From IMG/VR virus record IMGVR_UViG_3300029121_000001: a stretch of 64,000 bases of DNA, one strand, 5' to 3'. The notes under the pieces are model-generated. The model made no database searches. It was given only the letters and a program-made list of their open reading frames with translations, and was not told the origin of the DNA. The DNA comes from a virus. Position 1 is the stretch's first letter. Every line of letters begins with the position of its first letter. Position numbers and translations under genes: made by a program. Below are positions 18,380 through 27,318 of the stretch, one piece after another.

Positions 18380-18676
18380 TTATATAGAAATATAATAAAT
18401 ATTTATGGTTCCAACCATAGGTGATCTAATAAATGTAAAATTATTACTATTATTAATTTTACATGAATAAAATAAATAAATAATAAATCTTTCATTTGTA
18501 GATGTATATTGTGAATGTGCTACATTTACTAATATCATCGTAATATTGTCAGTCGTATCTGGAATTGCATTAATTAGATACTCACTAGAATAATCTGTTG
18601 AAGTCATTTTCACTTCAATCATATATGTATTATTTATACTCTGAGTTCGCTGCTTAATTTTAGTAGAAGCGTCAGA
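18380..18676 (-). other. start-less ORF cassette B (type II, SDASTKIK...)
   Basis: Begins at junction core 18664-18678 immediately after an in-frame TAA and a terminator. 98 codons ending INIYYISI*; no RBS, and the first in-frame ATG is 19 codons in. Confidence 0.6.
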
Positions 18677-18683
18677 TTAATAG

Positions 18684-18722
18684 AAAAAAAAATAAAGAGG
18701 AAGTAGTTTTATCTACTTCCTC
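18684..18722 (-). terminator. rho-independent terminator of 18731-19576, immediately upstream of cassette B
   Basis: Hairpin gaggaagtag...ctacttcctc followed on the minus strand by TTTATTTTTTTTT. Confidence 0.75.
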
Positions 18723-18730
18723 TTTTACAT

Positions 18731-19576
18731 TTATAGAGCAGATAATGGATTTATTACCATCATGATAGTAATCTTTCTATTTTCATCATCAATAGTAAAA
18801 CTTATATCATCGATATTATCTCCAAATGTTTTAATGCAAACATTTCTCACAAACAATTTAGTTTCGATATATACTTGTTTATTATTTATATTCATTGGTA
18901 TAAGTTCAAGATTACTAAAATATTTTATTTTACTAATATCAGTAATGCTATATCCAGCACATCCACATAGTTTAGCAAAATCTTCATATTGCATTTCGAT
19001 AGTATACCTTGTTTTTATGGCAGTATCTACTTTTGCACCAATCTTTTCATCATTTAAGAATTTGATAATTGGATCATTATCTGCTGGTTTATTATCCGAT
19101 TTTGCATTATCATCAATATGATCTGTATCAATAGTAATATTTTTCTTAGGTCTACCTCTTTTTGCTTTAGGTTGTTTGGGTACAATGATTTTATCATAAT
19201 CATCTATTTCAATATTCTTTAATTTGGGACGAACTTTTTCATTTTCATTATCTCCATAATCATCGTAGTTAAATGATTGATATGCTATAATTGTAACTTC
19301 TCCATTTTTATCATCAATAGAAAAAGAACAATTATAAAGATCATTTGCATCGAAAATACGTTTAGCTATTCTTTTTGTAATATAGATTAGATCCATACCA
19401 TTATGGCCATGGCTATCAATATCACTTGCAGATACTCCTAGCATATCTTGGATATAATAATTTGAAAATTTAAATCCAGATTGAAAGATAATGTTTGCAA
19501 ATGTATCCCAATCCAATATTGCAGTTCTTTTTATTTCGAACTTACATTCTTTTTTATATTTTATATTGTTATACAT
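18731..19576 (-). CDS. internally duplicated protein with central AT-hook (KAKRGRPKKN)
   Basis: ATG at 19576 with AGGAGAT RBS just after terminator 19590-19625. Two homologous halves (SFSIDDKNGEVTIIA / SFTIDDENRKITIMM) joined by a Lys/Arg-rich RGRP linker. Confidence 0.6.
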   Translation of the reverse strand: MYNNIKYKKECKFEIKRTAILDWDTFANIIFQSGFKFSNYYIQDMLGVSASDIDSHGHNGMDLIYITKRIAKRIFDANDLYNCSFSIDDKNGEVTIIAYQSFNYDDYGDNENEKVRPKLKNIEIDDYDKIIVPKQPKAKRGRPKKNITIDTDHIDDNAKSDNKPADNDPIIKFLNDEKIGAKVDTAIKTRYTIEMQYEDFAKLCGCAGYSITDISKIKYFSNLELIPMNINNKQVYIETKLFVRNVCIKTFGDNIDDISFTIDDENRKITIMMVINPLSAL

Positions 19577-19589
19577 ATATAAATCTCCT

Positions 19590-19625
19590 AAAAATAAATG
19601 GTGGTGAGCATTTCTACTCACCACC
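19590..19625 (-). terminator. rho-independent terminator
   Basis: ggtggtgagcatttctactcaccacc plus TTTATTTTT on the minus strand. Confidence 0.75.
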
Positions 19626-19631
19626 ACATAA

Positions 19632-20168
19632 TCAAAACAGAATAACGAAGATTCTATCAATAATATTGATCCGAATTGCGAATCCTTCCGATTCAGGATT
19701 CCATACAGGAATCAATACATGAATCTTCTTGATTTCACCAGAATCTTCATCCTTCATCGCTTTATCATAGGCTTTCTTACAGGCCTTGACAGCATTGTTG
19801 AGAATGATGTCAGGAACTTTATCAAGAGCCTCATTGATAGATCCAATGAAGTTGTAGATGGGCATCAGAACACCTTTGTCTCGACGAACATCAGTCAACA
19901 CAGTTTTAATATTCTGACTCTTCAAAGACTTATCTTTCCTGATAAAAATCTTAGGAAGTCTTCTATCAAATACATTGATATAGTCTTTGTGCCGTTCAGG
20001 AATGTTTTGAACGCCTTCTTGCTGCTGGTGATCTTTATAGTCACCAACATAGATGACATAATCGCCATCATCTACGCTTTCAATTGTATAGTCGATCAGC
20101 ATATTAACGTCACGACCATCGTCATGAGTATCAACATTGATACGGATTGCAGAGATAAATTTTTTCAT
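19632..20168 (-). CDS. hypothetical protein
   Basis: 178-aa ORF, GAAAGGAAG RBS, promoter box upstream. Confidence 0.6.
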   Translation of the reverse strand: MKKFISAIRINVDTHDDGRDVNMLIDYTIESVDDGDYVIYVGDYKDHQQQEGVQNIPERHKDYINVFDRRLPKIFIRKDKSLKSQNIKTVLTDVRRDKGVLMPIYNFIGSINEALDKVPDIILNNAVKACKKAYDKAMKDEDSGEIKKIHVLIPVWNPESEGFAIRINIIDRIFVILF

Positions 20169-20177
20169 AATAAATAC

Positions 20178-20267
20178 TACTTCCTTTCAATTGATAAGTA
20201 CGTCTTGATCCAATAATAGTCTACTATCGGATTCAATTATATAATATCTTATTGAAAGGAAGTAAAT
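20178..20267 (-). promoter_or_regulatory. TATTATATAA box plus stem-loop, enclosed by a 14+4-nt inverted repeat that includes the RBS of 19632-20168
   Basis: Box/hairpin at 20207-20248. Arms acttcctttcaa..taag (20178-20199) and cttattgaaaggaagt (20248-20267); the GAAAGGAAG RBS lies in one arm. Confidence 0.5.
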
Positions 20268-20274
20268 ATTGAAA

Positions 20275-21153
20275 TTAATCTACCTTAATACCCATACTCT
20301 CAACTTCATCAATGGCTTTGCAAATATGATAATAATTTCCAAAGCTAATAGATCTCAAAGAGAATCTACCAGAAACACCAGACTTCTTTAATTCGTCTTC
20401 ATATTCAATAATGATATCCTTAATTTCATCCTCATCCATAGTATTGAGAATATCAAGAATAGCATTTGATACTGTAGAATATACATACCTTTCATTCTCG
20501 TCATCAAAGGTATCAAATCTATCAGTCATAATGGAGATGAATAAATTAGTAAGTTGATCATTAAATGTCTTAGAGAAGATATTAATGATCATTTGTTCAT
20601 CCATAATACCAGGATCAACATGTTGCATAGTTCTTACCATGCGTCTGATATTTCTACGTTCATCTGTACTAGAATTTCTATTTACAGAAATCCATAATGC
20701 ATGATTGTCAGGTAAACCAATCTCGACGAGAATATTAACGAGATCATCATTAAACTTATATGCAATCTTACCAAGTAATTTTGCATTCTCTTCATTATAG
20801 ATAACATTATTAGCTGGATTAATTACATAAGCACGATAAACTCTATTAAATCTATTGGTATACTCTCTATTCAAAGTAATACCAGACATATCTAAAGCTG
20901 TTAAGAAATCAATGTCTGTAATTGTTTTTAAAGCTTTAGGCTGTTTATCAACAGCAGAAGATAATAGAATCATAATGTTTTGTGTAACATAATCAATCAT
21001 TTTAGTATATCCTTCATAAGGAATACTAGATTTGATTTCCATGAATCTTTCATAAATTCTATTAGGATTAGAAAATCTCTCAATATTAGTGCTTACATTT
21101 CCATCATCAATAAGAGAGCTCATATTGATAATTACATTATTCAGTTCCATCAT
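20275..21153 (-). CDS. hypothetical protein
   Basis: 292-aa ORF starting ATGATG; shares the junction sequence with the DHFR start. Confidence 0.6.
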   Translation of the reverse strand: MMELNNVIINMSSLIDDGNVSTNIERFSNPNRIYERFMEIKSSIPYEGYTKMIDYVTQNIMILLSSAVDKQPKALKTITDIDFLTALDMSGITLNREYTNRFNRVYRAYVINPANNVIYNEENAKLLGKIAYKFNDDLVNILVEIGLPDNHALWISVNRNSSTDERRNIRRMVRTMQHVDPGIMDEQMIINIFSKTFNDQLTNLFISIMTDRFDTFDDENERYVYSTVSNAILDILNTMDEDEIKDIIIEYEDELKKSGVSGRFSLRSISFGNYYHICKAIDEVESMGIKVD

Positions 21154-21166
21154 AGCGAATTATTTC
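21148..21166 (-). repeat. 19-nt gene-junction repeat, copy 1 (downstream flank of DHFR)
   Basis: catcatagcgaattatttc; minus strand GAAATAATTCGCTATGATG = stop TAA + 5 nt + ATGATG start. Confidence 0.75.
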
Positions 21167-21810
21167 CTCTTATAAGTCATAAATTTAAAGGTGAAGTCAT
21201 ACTTACCATGGACATTTCTCCAAGCCTCTGTTTCAGCAACTCTCCAATTATCATCTTCATCCAGATTAGGAAATACTGCATCATATTCAGGAGCAATAGC
21301 AGCAACCTTAGTTACATATACAGTATCACAATAAGGAAGAAGAAGTCTATAGATTTGTTCTCCACCACATACAATAGTATTTTCACTGTCTCCAATGATT
21401 TCTACTGTATCTAGTAGACCACGAAGATTTTCTACCCAGAAAATCATGGTTCTATTGTTAGGAGTTTTAACTTCAGGATTACTTCTAACAGCAAAAGAAG
21501 ATCTATACTCTGCTTCATCTATATCAGGATTACGAATTCCACCTTCAGGAGCTAAGAAAAATCCCGCATACTTAGCGCCAAATAAAGATTTATGGTCAAG
21601 TTTATCCCAATGCTTAGTCATGACAATATTTTTTCTTCCAGGAAGAGGTTTCTTTCCAGGAAACGATTCTAATGTCTTACGACCACATACAATAGTTTTA
21701 CCCATTGTAATATCCTTGAATCGAGCCATATCCTCTTTGATATTAAAAAGAAGGCTATTATTATTTCCAATTGCCCAATTTTTATCTACGCACACAATAG
21801 CTTTCATCAT
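21160..21810 (-). CDS. folA: dihydrofolate reductase
   Basis: VDKNWAIGNNNSLLFNIKEDMARFKDITMGKTIVCGRKTLESFPGKKPLPGRKNIVMT matches the DHFR N-terminal signature; adjacent to ThyA. Confidence 0.8.
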   Translation of the reverse strand: MMKAIVCVDKNWAIGNNNSLLFNIKEDMARFKDITMGKTIVCGRKTLESFPGKKPLPGRKNIVMTKHWDKLDHKSLFGAKYAGFFLAPEGGIRNPDIDEAEYRSSFAVRSNPEVKTPNNRTMIFWVENLRGLLDTVEIIGDSENTIVCGGEQIYRLLLPYCDTVYVTKVAAIAPEYDAVFPNLDEDDNWRVAETEAWRNVHGKYDFTFKFMTYKRK

Positions 21811-21823
21811 AGCGAATTATTTC
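21805..21823 (-). repeat. 19-nt gene-junction repeat, copy 2 (upstream flank of DHFR)
   Basis: Identical catcatagcgaattatttc; similarity extends to about 28 nt including the AGGAGA/AGAGGA RBS. Confidence 0.75.
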
Positions 21824-22080
21824 TCCTTATTAAATTCAGTAAAGCGAGTTACTCCAGGTTTTACTTCATCGAACCACATACTTTCAGGTCTTACCCAAAT
21901 AGTATCACCAGGCTTGGTAAAGAATAAATTAGGATCTGTGTTTTCTTTTCTTGCATTATATACATGAATATATGCAATCATATTTTCACTAGTTTCAGTA
22001 TGCTTACATTTAGCAAGTACTTTTACATAGTTACCTTTATGATGTACATAGATTTCTCCTACATGAATCTCAGTATTCAT
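21817..22080 (-). CDS. DUF1653-like protein
   Basis: ATG at 22080; YVHHKGNYVKVL...WVRPESMWFDEV...RFTEF resembles the DUF1653 pattern. Confidence 0.5.
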   Translation of the reverse strand: MNTEIHVGEIYVHHKGNYVKVLAKCKHTETSENMIAYIHVYNARKENTDPNLFFTKPGDTIWVRPESMWFDEVKPGVTRFTEFNKEK

Positions 22081-22084
22081 TTTA

Positions 22085-22318
22085 TCATGTCCTATCTGCT
22101 CTATGAGCAATTTTTCTCCATTGTGAAATAGGCATTAATCTCACATTATCTGTAGTATCACTAGATTTACAATCTTCTTCAATATAATTAAAAGGACAAT
22201 ATGCAACAAGATATTCACCAGTGTCATTACGCTGAGCAATATACAATACTCGCACAACATCATTACCTACTCGGTAATCTTCACCAACCTTGGCTCCACG
22301 GACAGCTAGTTTTTCCAT
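22085..22318 (-). CDS. small protein, possibly DUF1653-related
   Basis: 77-aa ORF, TGA stop, tandem with 21817-22080. Confidence 0.45.
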   Translation of the reverse strand: MEKLAVRGAKVGEDYRVGNDVVRVLYIAQRNDTGEYLVAYCPFNYIEEDCKSSDTTDNVRLMPISQWRKIAHRADRT

Positions 22319-22345
22319 TTTGATGTATTCTCCTTTTAATTTATA

Positions 22346-23278
22346 TTAAATTGCTACAGGGAATTTTACATTAGGACCAGCATTATAATTTTCAATGTGA
22401 ATATTATCTACTGTAAAATCATAAAAACTATCTACTTTATCAATCCATACTGTAGGAGCATCAAGAATAGGTCTCTCAATAAGTTTCTGTACTACAGGAA
22501 CATGACGATCATAGATATGGCAATCAGAAATTACGTGAACCAATTCACCAGGATACATATCACATACCTTAGCAAACATCATCACTAGAGCCGCATACTG
22601 AACCACGTTCCAGTTACTAGCAGTAAGCATATCCTGAGAACGCTGATTTAGAATAGCGTTCAACGTCATACGACCATCTTCCTTATCTCTAGTAACATTA
22701 AAAGTCATAGAGTAAGCACAAGGATAAAGATTCATTTCATGAAGGTCATTGAAATTATAAATATTGGTCATGATACGGCGAGAGAAAGGATTATGCTTCA
22801 GATCCCATAGAACTCCATCGACCTGATCAAGAGCAACATAGTATTTACCGTTCTTCATAATAACAGAAGAACTAGGATAAGCAGCTAACTCTTCATACAA
22901 TTCATGGGTAGGATAATCAGGGATAGTATGATGAAGATACTTTTTACCAAGCTGGTATCCATAAGCTTTGCCAATAGTACTATTTTCATCAGCCCAAGAA
23001 TCCCAAATATGAGAATTAAGATCTTTCACATTGTTACTCTTCTTCTGCCAAATCCAAAGGAGTTCATCAATAGCAGCTTTAATATTAATCTTGCGTAGAG
23101 TAAGTGCAGGAAACTCTTTCTGAAGATTATATCGATTAACTACACCAAATTTCTTAATGGTATATGCAGGCTCATTAGTATCGGCCCATTTTGCACGAAC
23201 CTCTTCACCTGTAGTATCAATACCATTTTCAATAATATCGGTACAAGTTTTAATAAAAATATTATCCGCCTGAGACAT
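22346..23278 (-). CDS. thyA: thymidylate synthase (ThyA family)
   Basis: ATG at 23278 with TAGGAGGT RBS. ELLWIWQ, IWDSWADE, YPCA (active-site Cys), QRSQD, DCHIYDRH and C-terminal FPVAI align with ThyA; Firmicutes-type insert present. Confidence 0.85.
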   Translation of the reverse strand: MSQADNIFIKTCTDIIENGIDTTGEEVRAKWADTNEPAYTIKKFGVVNRYNLQKEFPALTLRKINIKAAIDELLWIWQKKSNNVKDLNSHIWDSWADENSTIGKAYGYQLGKKYLHHTIPDYPTHELYEELAAYPSSSVIMKNGKYYVALDQVDGVLWDLKHNPFSRRIMTNIYNFNDLHEMNLYPCAYSMTFNVTRDKEDGRMTLNAILNQRSQDMLTASNWNVVQYAALVMMFAKVCDMYPGELVHVISDCHIYDRHVPVVQKLIERPILDAPTVWIDKVDSFYDFTVDNIHIENYNAGPNVKFPVAI

Positions 23279-23376
23279 AGTTGGAAACCTCCTATATAAT
23301 AAGTAATTATATAAAAGTGCTTCATCTAGTAAAAAATAAAGAGGGATTGGAGTTAAATCCAATCCCTCTTTAATTG

Positions 23377-23790
23377 TCAACTAATCATGAAGTAACAAAG
23401 TTCAATGAAACTCTCAACATCTGAGAGCTTTGAAGTTACTTTATGAGGAAATACTCTAGGAGTATCAATAAACCCTTTATAGAGATCATTGATAATGCAG
23501 CAATAATCATTAATTGCATACATGATCTGGCATTTCATAATGCCGATGATTTCCATTTTAGGAATTTTATATTCCTTTACGTATTTCTCATACTGGACTT
23601 CTGGCGAAGCCCCAATCATAGATTGGGTTTCTTCACCGTTATAAACGCGATAAATTTCAAATCGCGTTCCTGTGAATTTTAACATCCCCTGATAGATCTT
23701 CTTGGTTGCAGAATGAGTAGAATAAACATTAATCTCAACCATAGGAAGCTCACTATCTTTATGGACTTTTTCAACGACCAAATGATTCAT
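23377..23790 (-). CDS. hypothetical protein
   Basis: ORF 23377-23898; ATG at 23790 abuts the stop of the upstream gene (23792). Confidence 0.55.
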   Translation of the reverse strand: MNHLVVEKVHKDSELPMVEINVYSTHSATKKIYQGMLKFTGTRFEIYRVYNGEETQSMIGASPEVQYEKYVKEYKIPKMEIIGIMKCQIMYAINDYCCIINDLYKGFIDTPRVFPHKVTSKLSDVESFIELCYFMIS

Positions 23791-23791
23791 T

Positions 23792-24748
23792 TTATTCTTT
23801 AGCCTCTTCTTTCTTCTCAGGAATTTCAAATTCATTATGGTGCTTGATAAAGAACTGTTTTGCAGTTTTCTTATCATTAAAAGTTGCCATAAATCCACCA
23901 GGATGGCAGAAGGTCATTCCAGACTCAGAATGAAGTTCCTCGAAATTGGGGCTCTTGATAGAAAGTCCACGATACTTATTAGGGAACAACTTCTTGTTTA
24001 CTCCATCGGTATCTTTTGCTGCAATGACATTGTATTTGCCAATGTCACGATTAGATGGAGAACCATAGAATTCAAGCCCATCAACGTCGCTCATGAATTT
24101 GCCAATAGGAGCGTAATAGTCAAGATATACAACTCCATATTCGATATCTTGAGCGTTCTCCAGAACTGCCTTGGCTCTGTAATCGGATCTAATACGTTCA
24201 AGCTTATAGCTTAACGTATCCTTAGCTTTAGAGATTGCCAAAGCAACTCGAATATTGATATTGGGATCAGGACAATCCCATGTCGGATTCATACAACTGA
24301 TTTCATCACTGATACCATTATATGCACCAGTGTTATCAGTATAATCAATTGTCTTAACCCACTTATCAAATTCCTGATATTCGTAATCGTTCAAGAATCC
24401 ATCATGAAATTCTCGAACGATTAGTCCAAATGCAGCATAAGGACTGCCATCAGGACGACGCTGCTTAAGCTCCTCTCTAAAGTGATGATCAAAACGACCA
24501 CCGCCTACATCGTAGACGAGGTAGCCGTTCTGCTCTGTCATTTCATCAGAAATGACGTTCTTCCTTTCCCATTTGGGGAAAGGAATTCCAAGCCAATCAT
24601 AGACCAGCATAAGATATGCTGATGCGAAAACTTCATCAGCATGGAATACACCGCTATGGAATATAATGTGATCATACTTTTCAAGTTTGCTCTTAAGGAT
24701 AAGAGCTTCATTAGAAAGTGAATAATCGATAAGTGCACTGTTGTTCAT
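23792..24748 (-). CDS. MYG1/UPF0160-family metal-dependent hydrolase (exonuclease-like)
   Basis: FHSGVFHADEVFASAYL and YDVGGGRFDHHF match the MYG1 family His/Asp motifs. Confidence 0.7.
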   Translation of the reverse strand: MNNSALIDYSLSNEALILKSKLEKYDHIIFHSGVFHADEVFASAYLMLVYDWLGIPFPKWERKNVISDEMTEQNGYLVYDVGGGRFDHHFREELKQRRPDGSPYAAFGLIVREFHDGFLNDYEYQEFDKWVKTIDYTDNTGAYNGISDEISCMNPTWDCPDPNINIRVALAISKAKDTLSYKLERIRSDYRAKAVLENAQDIEYGVVYLDYYAPIGKFMSDVDGLEFYGSPSNRDIGKYNVIAAKDTDGVNKKLFPNKYRGLSIKSPNFEELHSESGMTFCHPGGFMATFNDKKTAKQFFIKHHNEFEIPEKKEEAKE

Positions 24749-24762
24749 AATACAATCTCCTT

Positions 24763-25350
24763 TTAATTGTCAATATTTTTCTTAATGGTGATAGTTACTT
24801 CACCACTGAAGCCATTGCTTTTCAGCATCTTTACAATATCGTCTGTATCGATGTTGAAACTTACCTCCATGCTCATGGAATTGATGTGAATATTGCCGTT
24901 TGTTTTTTCTTCTTTCTTGACACTATTCTTATACTCCACACCAAAGTCCTTATAAAACTGCTCAATGCTTTCTTTGGCTGTTTTATAAGGGTTGCCAGAT
25001 TTGCCGATGGGAATAATGTTTCCTAGATCAATATTGATCTTATAGAAAGTTTTGTAACAGCAATGCATCATATTGGCAATAGCAGCCACAGTGACAGAAG
25101 GATATTTATTAATAATACCAGTGAGATATTTAATTTGAATATCCTTAGGCCAATGGATAAAGTCTGCATACGATACTTTCCTATCCATAGAATATGTTTT
25201 GCAAACCCCCTCTTCATCAGTAATCCTGAAGGTGCGATTGTACTTCCTCTTCTGTCGAGGAAGAGATTGACGCTTTTCCTTGGTGTCCTCGAAAAATTCT
25301 TCGCGAGGAGTGATATCGAAAGTTCCTTTGCCGATAGTTTTGTTGTCCAT
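24763..25350 (-). CDS. hypothetical protein
   Basis: 195-aa ORF, AAAGGAGGT RBS, promoter box upstream. Confidence 0.6.
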   Translation of the reverse strand: MDNKTIGKGTFDITPREEFFEDTKEKRQSLPRQKRKYNRTFRITDEEGVCKTYSMDRKVSYADFIHWPKDIQIKYLTGIINKYPSVTVAAIANMMHCCYKTFYKINIDLGNIIPIGKSGNPYKTAKESIEQFYKDFGVEYKNSVKKEEKTNGNIHINSMSMEVSFNIDTDDIVKMLKSNGFSGEVTITIKKNIDN

Positions 25351-25387
25351 AATATTGGACCTCCTTTAAATAAAATATAGAATACTT

Positions 25388-25428
25388 CTGATAAGGAAAT
25401 CATTTATCCTCATCATTGTTATAATACC
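25388..25428 (-). promoter_or_regulatory. TATTATAA box plus immediate stem-loop
   Basis: Minus strand GGTATTATAACAATGATGAGGATAAATGATTTCCTTATCAG upstream of 24763-25350. Confidence 0.6.
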
Positions 25429-25447
25429 TATTTGAATTTAAGTATTG

Positions 25448-25484
25448 TAAAAAAAAATAAAGGGATAGACGAAAAGTCTATCCC
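25448..25484 (-). terminator. rho-independent terminator after PolB
   Basis: agggatagacgaaaagtctatccct plus T-run on the minus strand. Confidence 0.75.
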
Positions 25485-25495
25485 TTTCTTAAAAT

Positions 25496-27318
25496 TTACA
25501 TTCGAACAGAATTAGAGAAGTTTGCTCTCTTTGCACCGAATTGGCCAATACCAGCAGACGATGCAGGGAAATTACCAAGATTATCAGAAATGATCTGTTC
25601 ATAATCAATCAATTTTCTCAACCAATCAGGAACAGGAAGATCTTTAGGTAGTGCAATAGTATCAAGCTTTCCTTTGAAAACTTTATTAATTGTTCTACCT
25701 TCTACTAATCCTGTATTATTAAGATCAATCAATTCACAGATCTTTACATACTGCATTGGATAATCTTCTCTAATAGTTTCCAAGGTATATTTATCAACTT
25801 TAACCTTGATTACATCAATGGCATTTCTATCATTCAAATCAAATCCAGGAAGATCACACTTGATATAATTCCATGCCATTGCTGCTTTAACACCTTGAAT
25901 TCTAGTAGGATCATCATAGTTATCCATAGACTTAATAGTTGCAGGCTTGTAATATTTCTTAGATCCGGAAACAAGATCATTATAAATGGTCTTTTCAAGA
26001 ATAGCAATGTCTTTGATCAACTTCAATTGATCAATAGAATCTCCAGTAAGCATATCTTCAAGAAGAATCTTTTTCAATGCTTTCTGGGTATCTTTAGAAG
26101 TAGAAGATTTAGTTAGACAATCAATACCCTTGACATCCAATACGCCACTTCCAAGATAATTGCCTTCCTGCAGAATCTGAAGACTTGCATAATGTTTCTT
26201 TGCATCTGTCAACATGATTCGAGACATATAGAACTCATTCTTCATGTTGATCTTACATTTATCAGCTCCTCTAAAAGATTTAGATTCCTTAGTAAAATCA
26301 ATCATATACTGATTAATTACAGAAGAGAGAATATAACACATGATATTGATCAATGCAAATTTTACATTATCCTGAGGAATAATCTTCGTAGCATCAATCA
26401 TTCTCTTTTGCTCAATAATCTCTTCATTAAAGAAATCATAATCTTTTTTATTTTCCAGAAATTCAATAGCTGCTAATTCATCAGGGTTTGCAATGTCACC
26501 AAAACTATCAGTTTTTAAGAAACTTATTGCAACCTGTTTATCTACAGCATTATACCAATCTGGGGTTTCTGTATCTTTCCAGAAATAATCTTCTTTCTTC
26601 TTTTCAGCTTCTAGATACTTAAATACATCAATCTGTTGATGCATAATAGGACAGTCATAATTCTGAAGATACTGGATATTATAATTATACCAAGCATCCA
26701 AAGAAATGAAAGACGAGTCAGTATCAGATACAATAGATACTGTCTTAATCATTTCTTTATTTCTAATCATTCTATCCATATATTGATGACAGTAGAAGAC
26801 ATATTCCATCAATAGATCACGAAGCTGATCAAGATATCCGATTATTTCTTTCGGAGGTTTAGCAGGTTCAATATAAGGAGTTTTCATTCCAGTAATAATC
26901 TTTATCATCAAATCTCTTGCAATAGGCAAGTCCATAAAACAATAAAGATTATTCTTATAGAACAATCTATTCAATTCAATCTGATTACAATTTTGAATAA
27001 TTCTCCATACAGTTTCCATATCCTGTTCTGTAGGAACATATTTAAAACCACAATTTAGAATGATCTTATTAAAACATTCATCTGGAGAAATAAAACCATT
27101 AAATCCAAGAACTTCATAATCATTATATTTCCAGTCATTTCCCTCCATTCTTACATTGTCAATAAAGATGAGAACATCATTAAGACTTCCAAACTTAACA
27201 TTGTTCCCAAGGAATCCTTCAAAGCAAAGAATTGCAGAACTAATTAGAGATCTACCGATAGATGTTACAGAAGGTGCAATGTTGAGGTCGAACAAAATCG
27301 ATACATACAAACCAACCA
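25496..27318 (-). CDS. family-B DNA polymerase, exon 3 (second half of motif B, motif C, KKxY, thumb)
   Basis: VSDTDSSF (motif C, DTDS), KKHYASL (KKRY-type motif). Exon start set at 27318, directly after the omega-G of intron 2. Confidence 0.8.

Noticed and set aside
17752-18678. CRISPR array, or DGR template/variable repeat pair
   Set aside because: The repeats are 12-15 nt, irregularly spaced, and partly protein-coding. There is no cas gene, no reverse transcriptase, and no A-specific mismatch pattern between repeat copies.
23377-23898. Long N-terminal extensions of several track ORFs (for example 23377-23898, 5358-6047, 41271-41810, 42230-43936, 7617-8063)
   Set aside because: The extensions overlap the preceding gene or run through terminators and promoter hairpins. 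Internal ATGs with well-spaced Shine-Dalgarno sequences give tight, non-overlapping packing, so the shorter starts were used.
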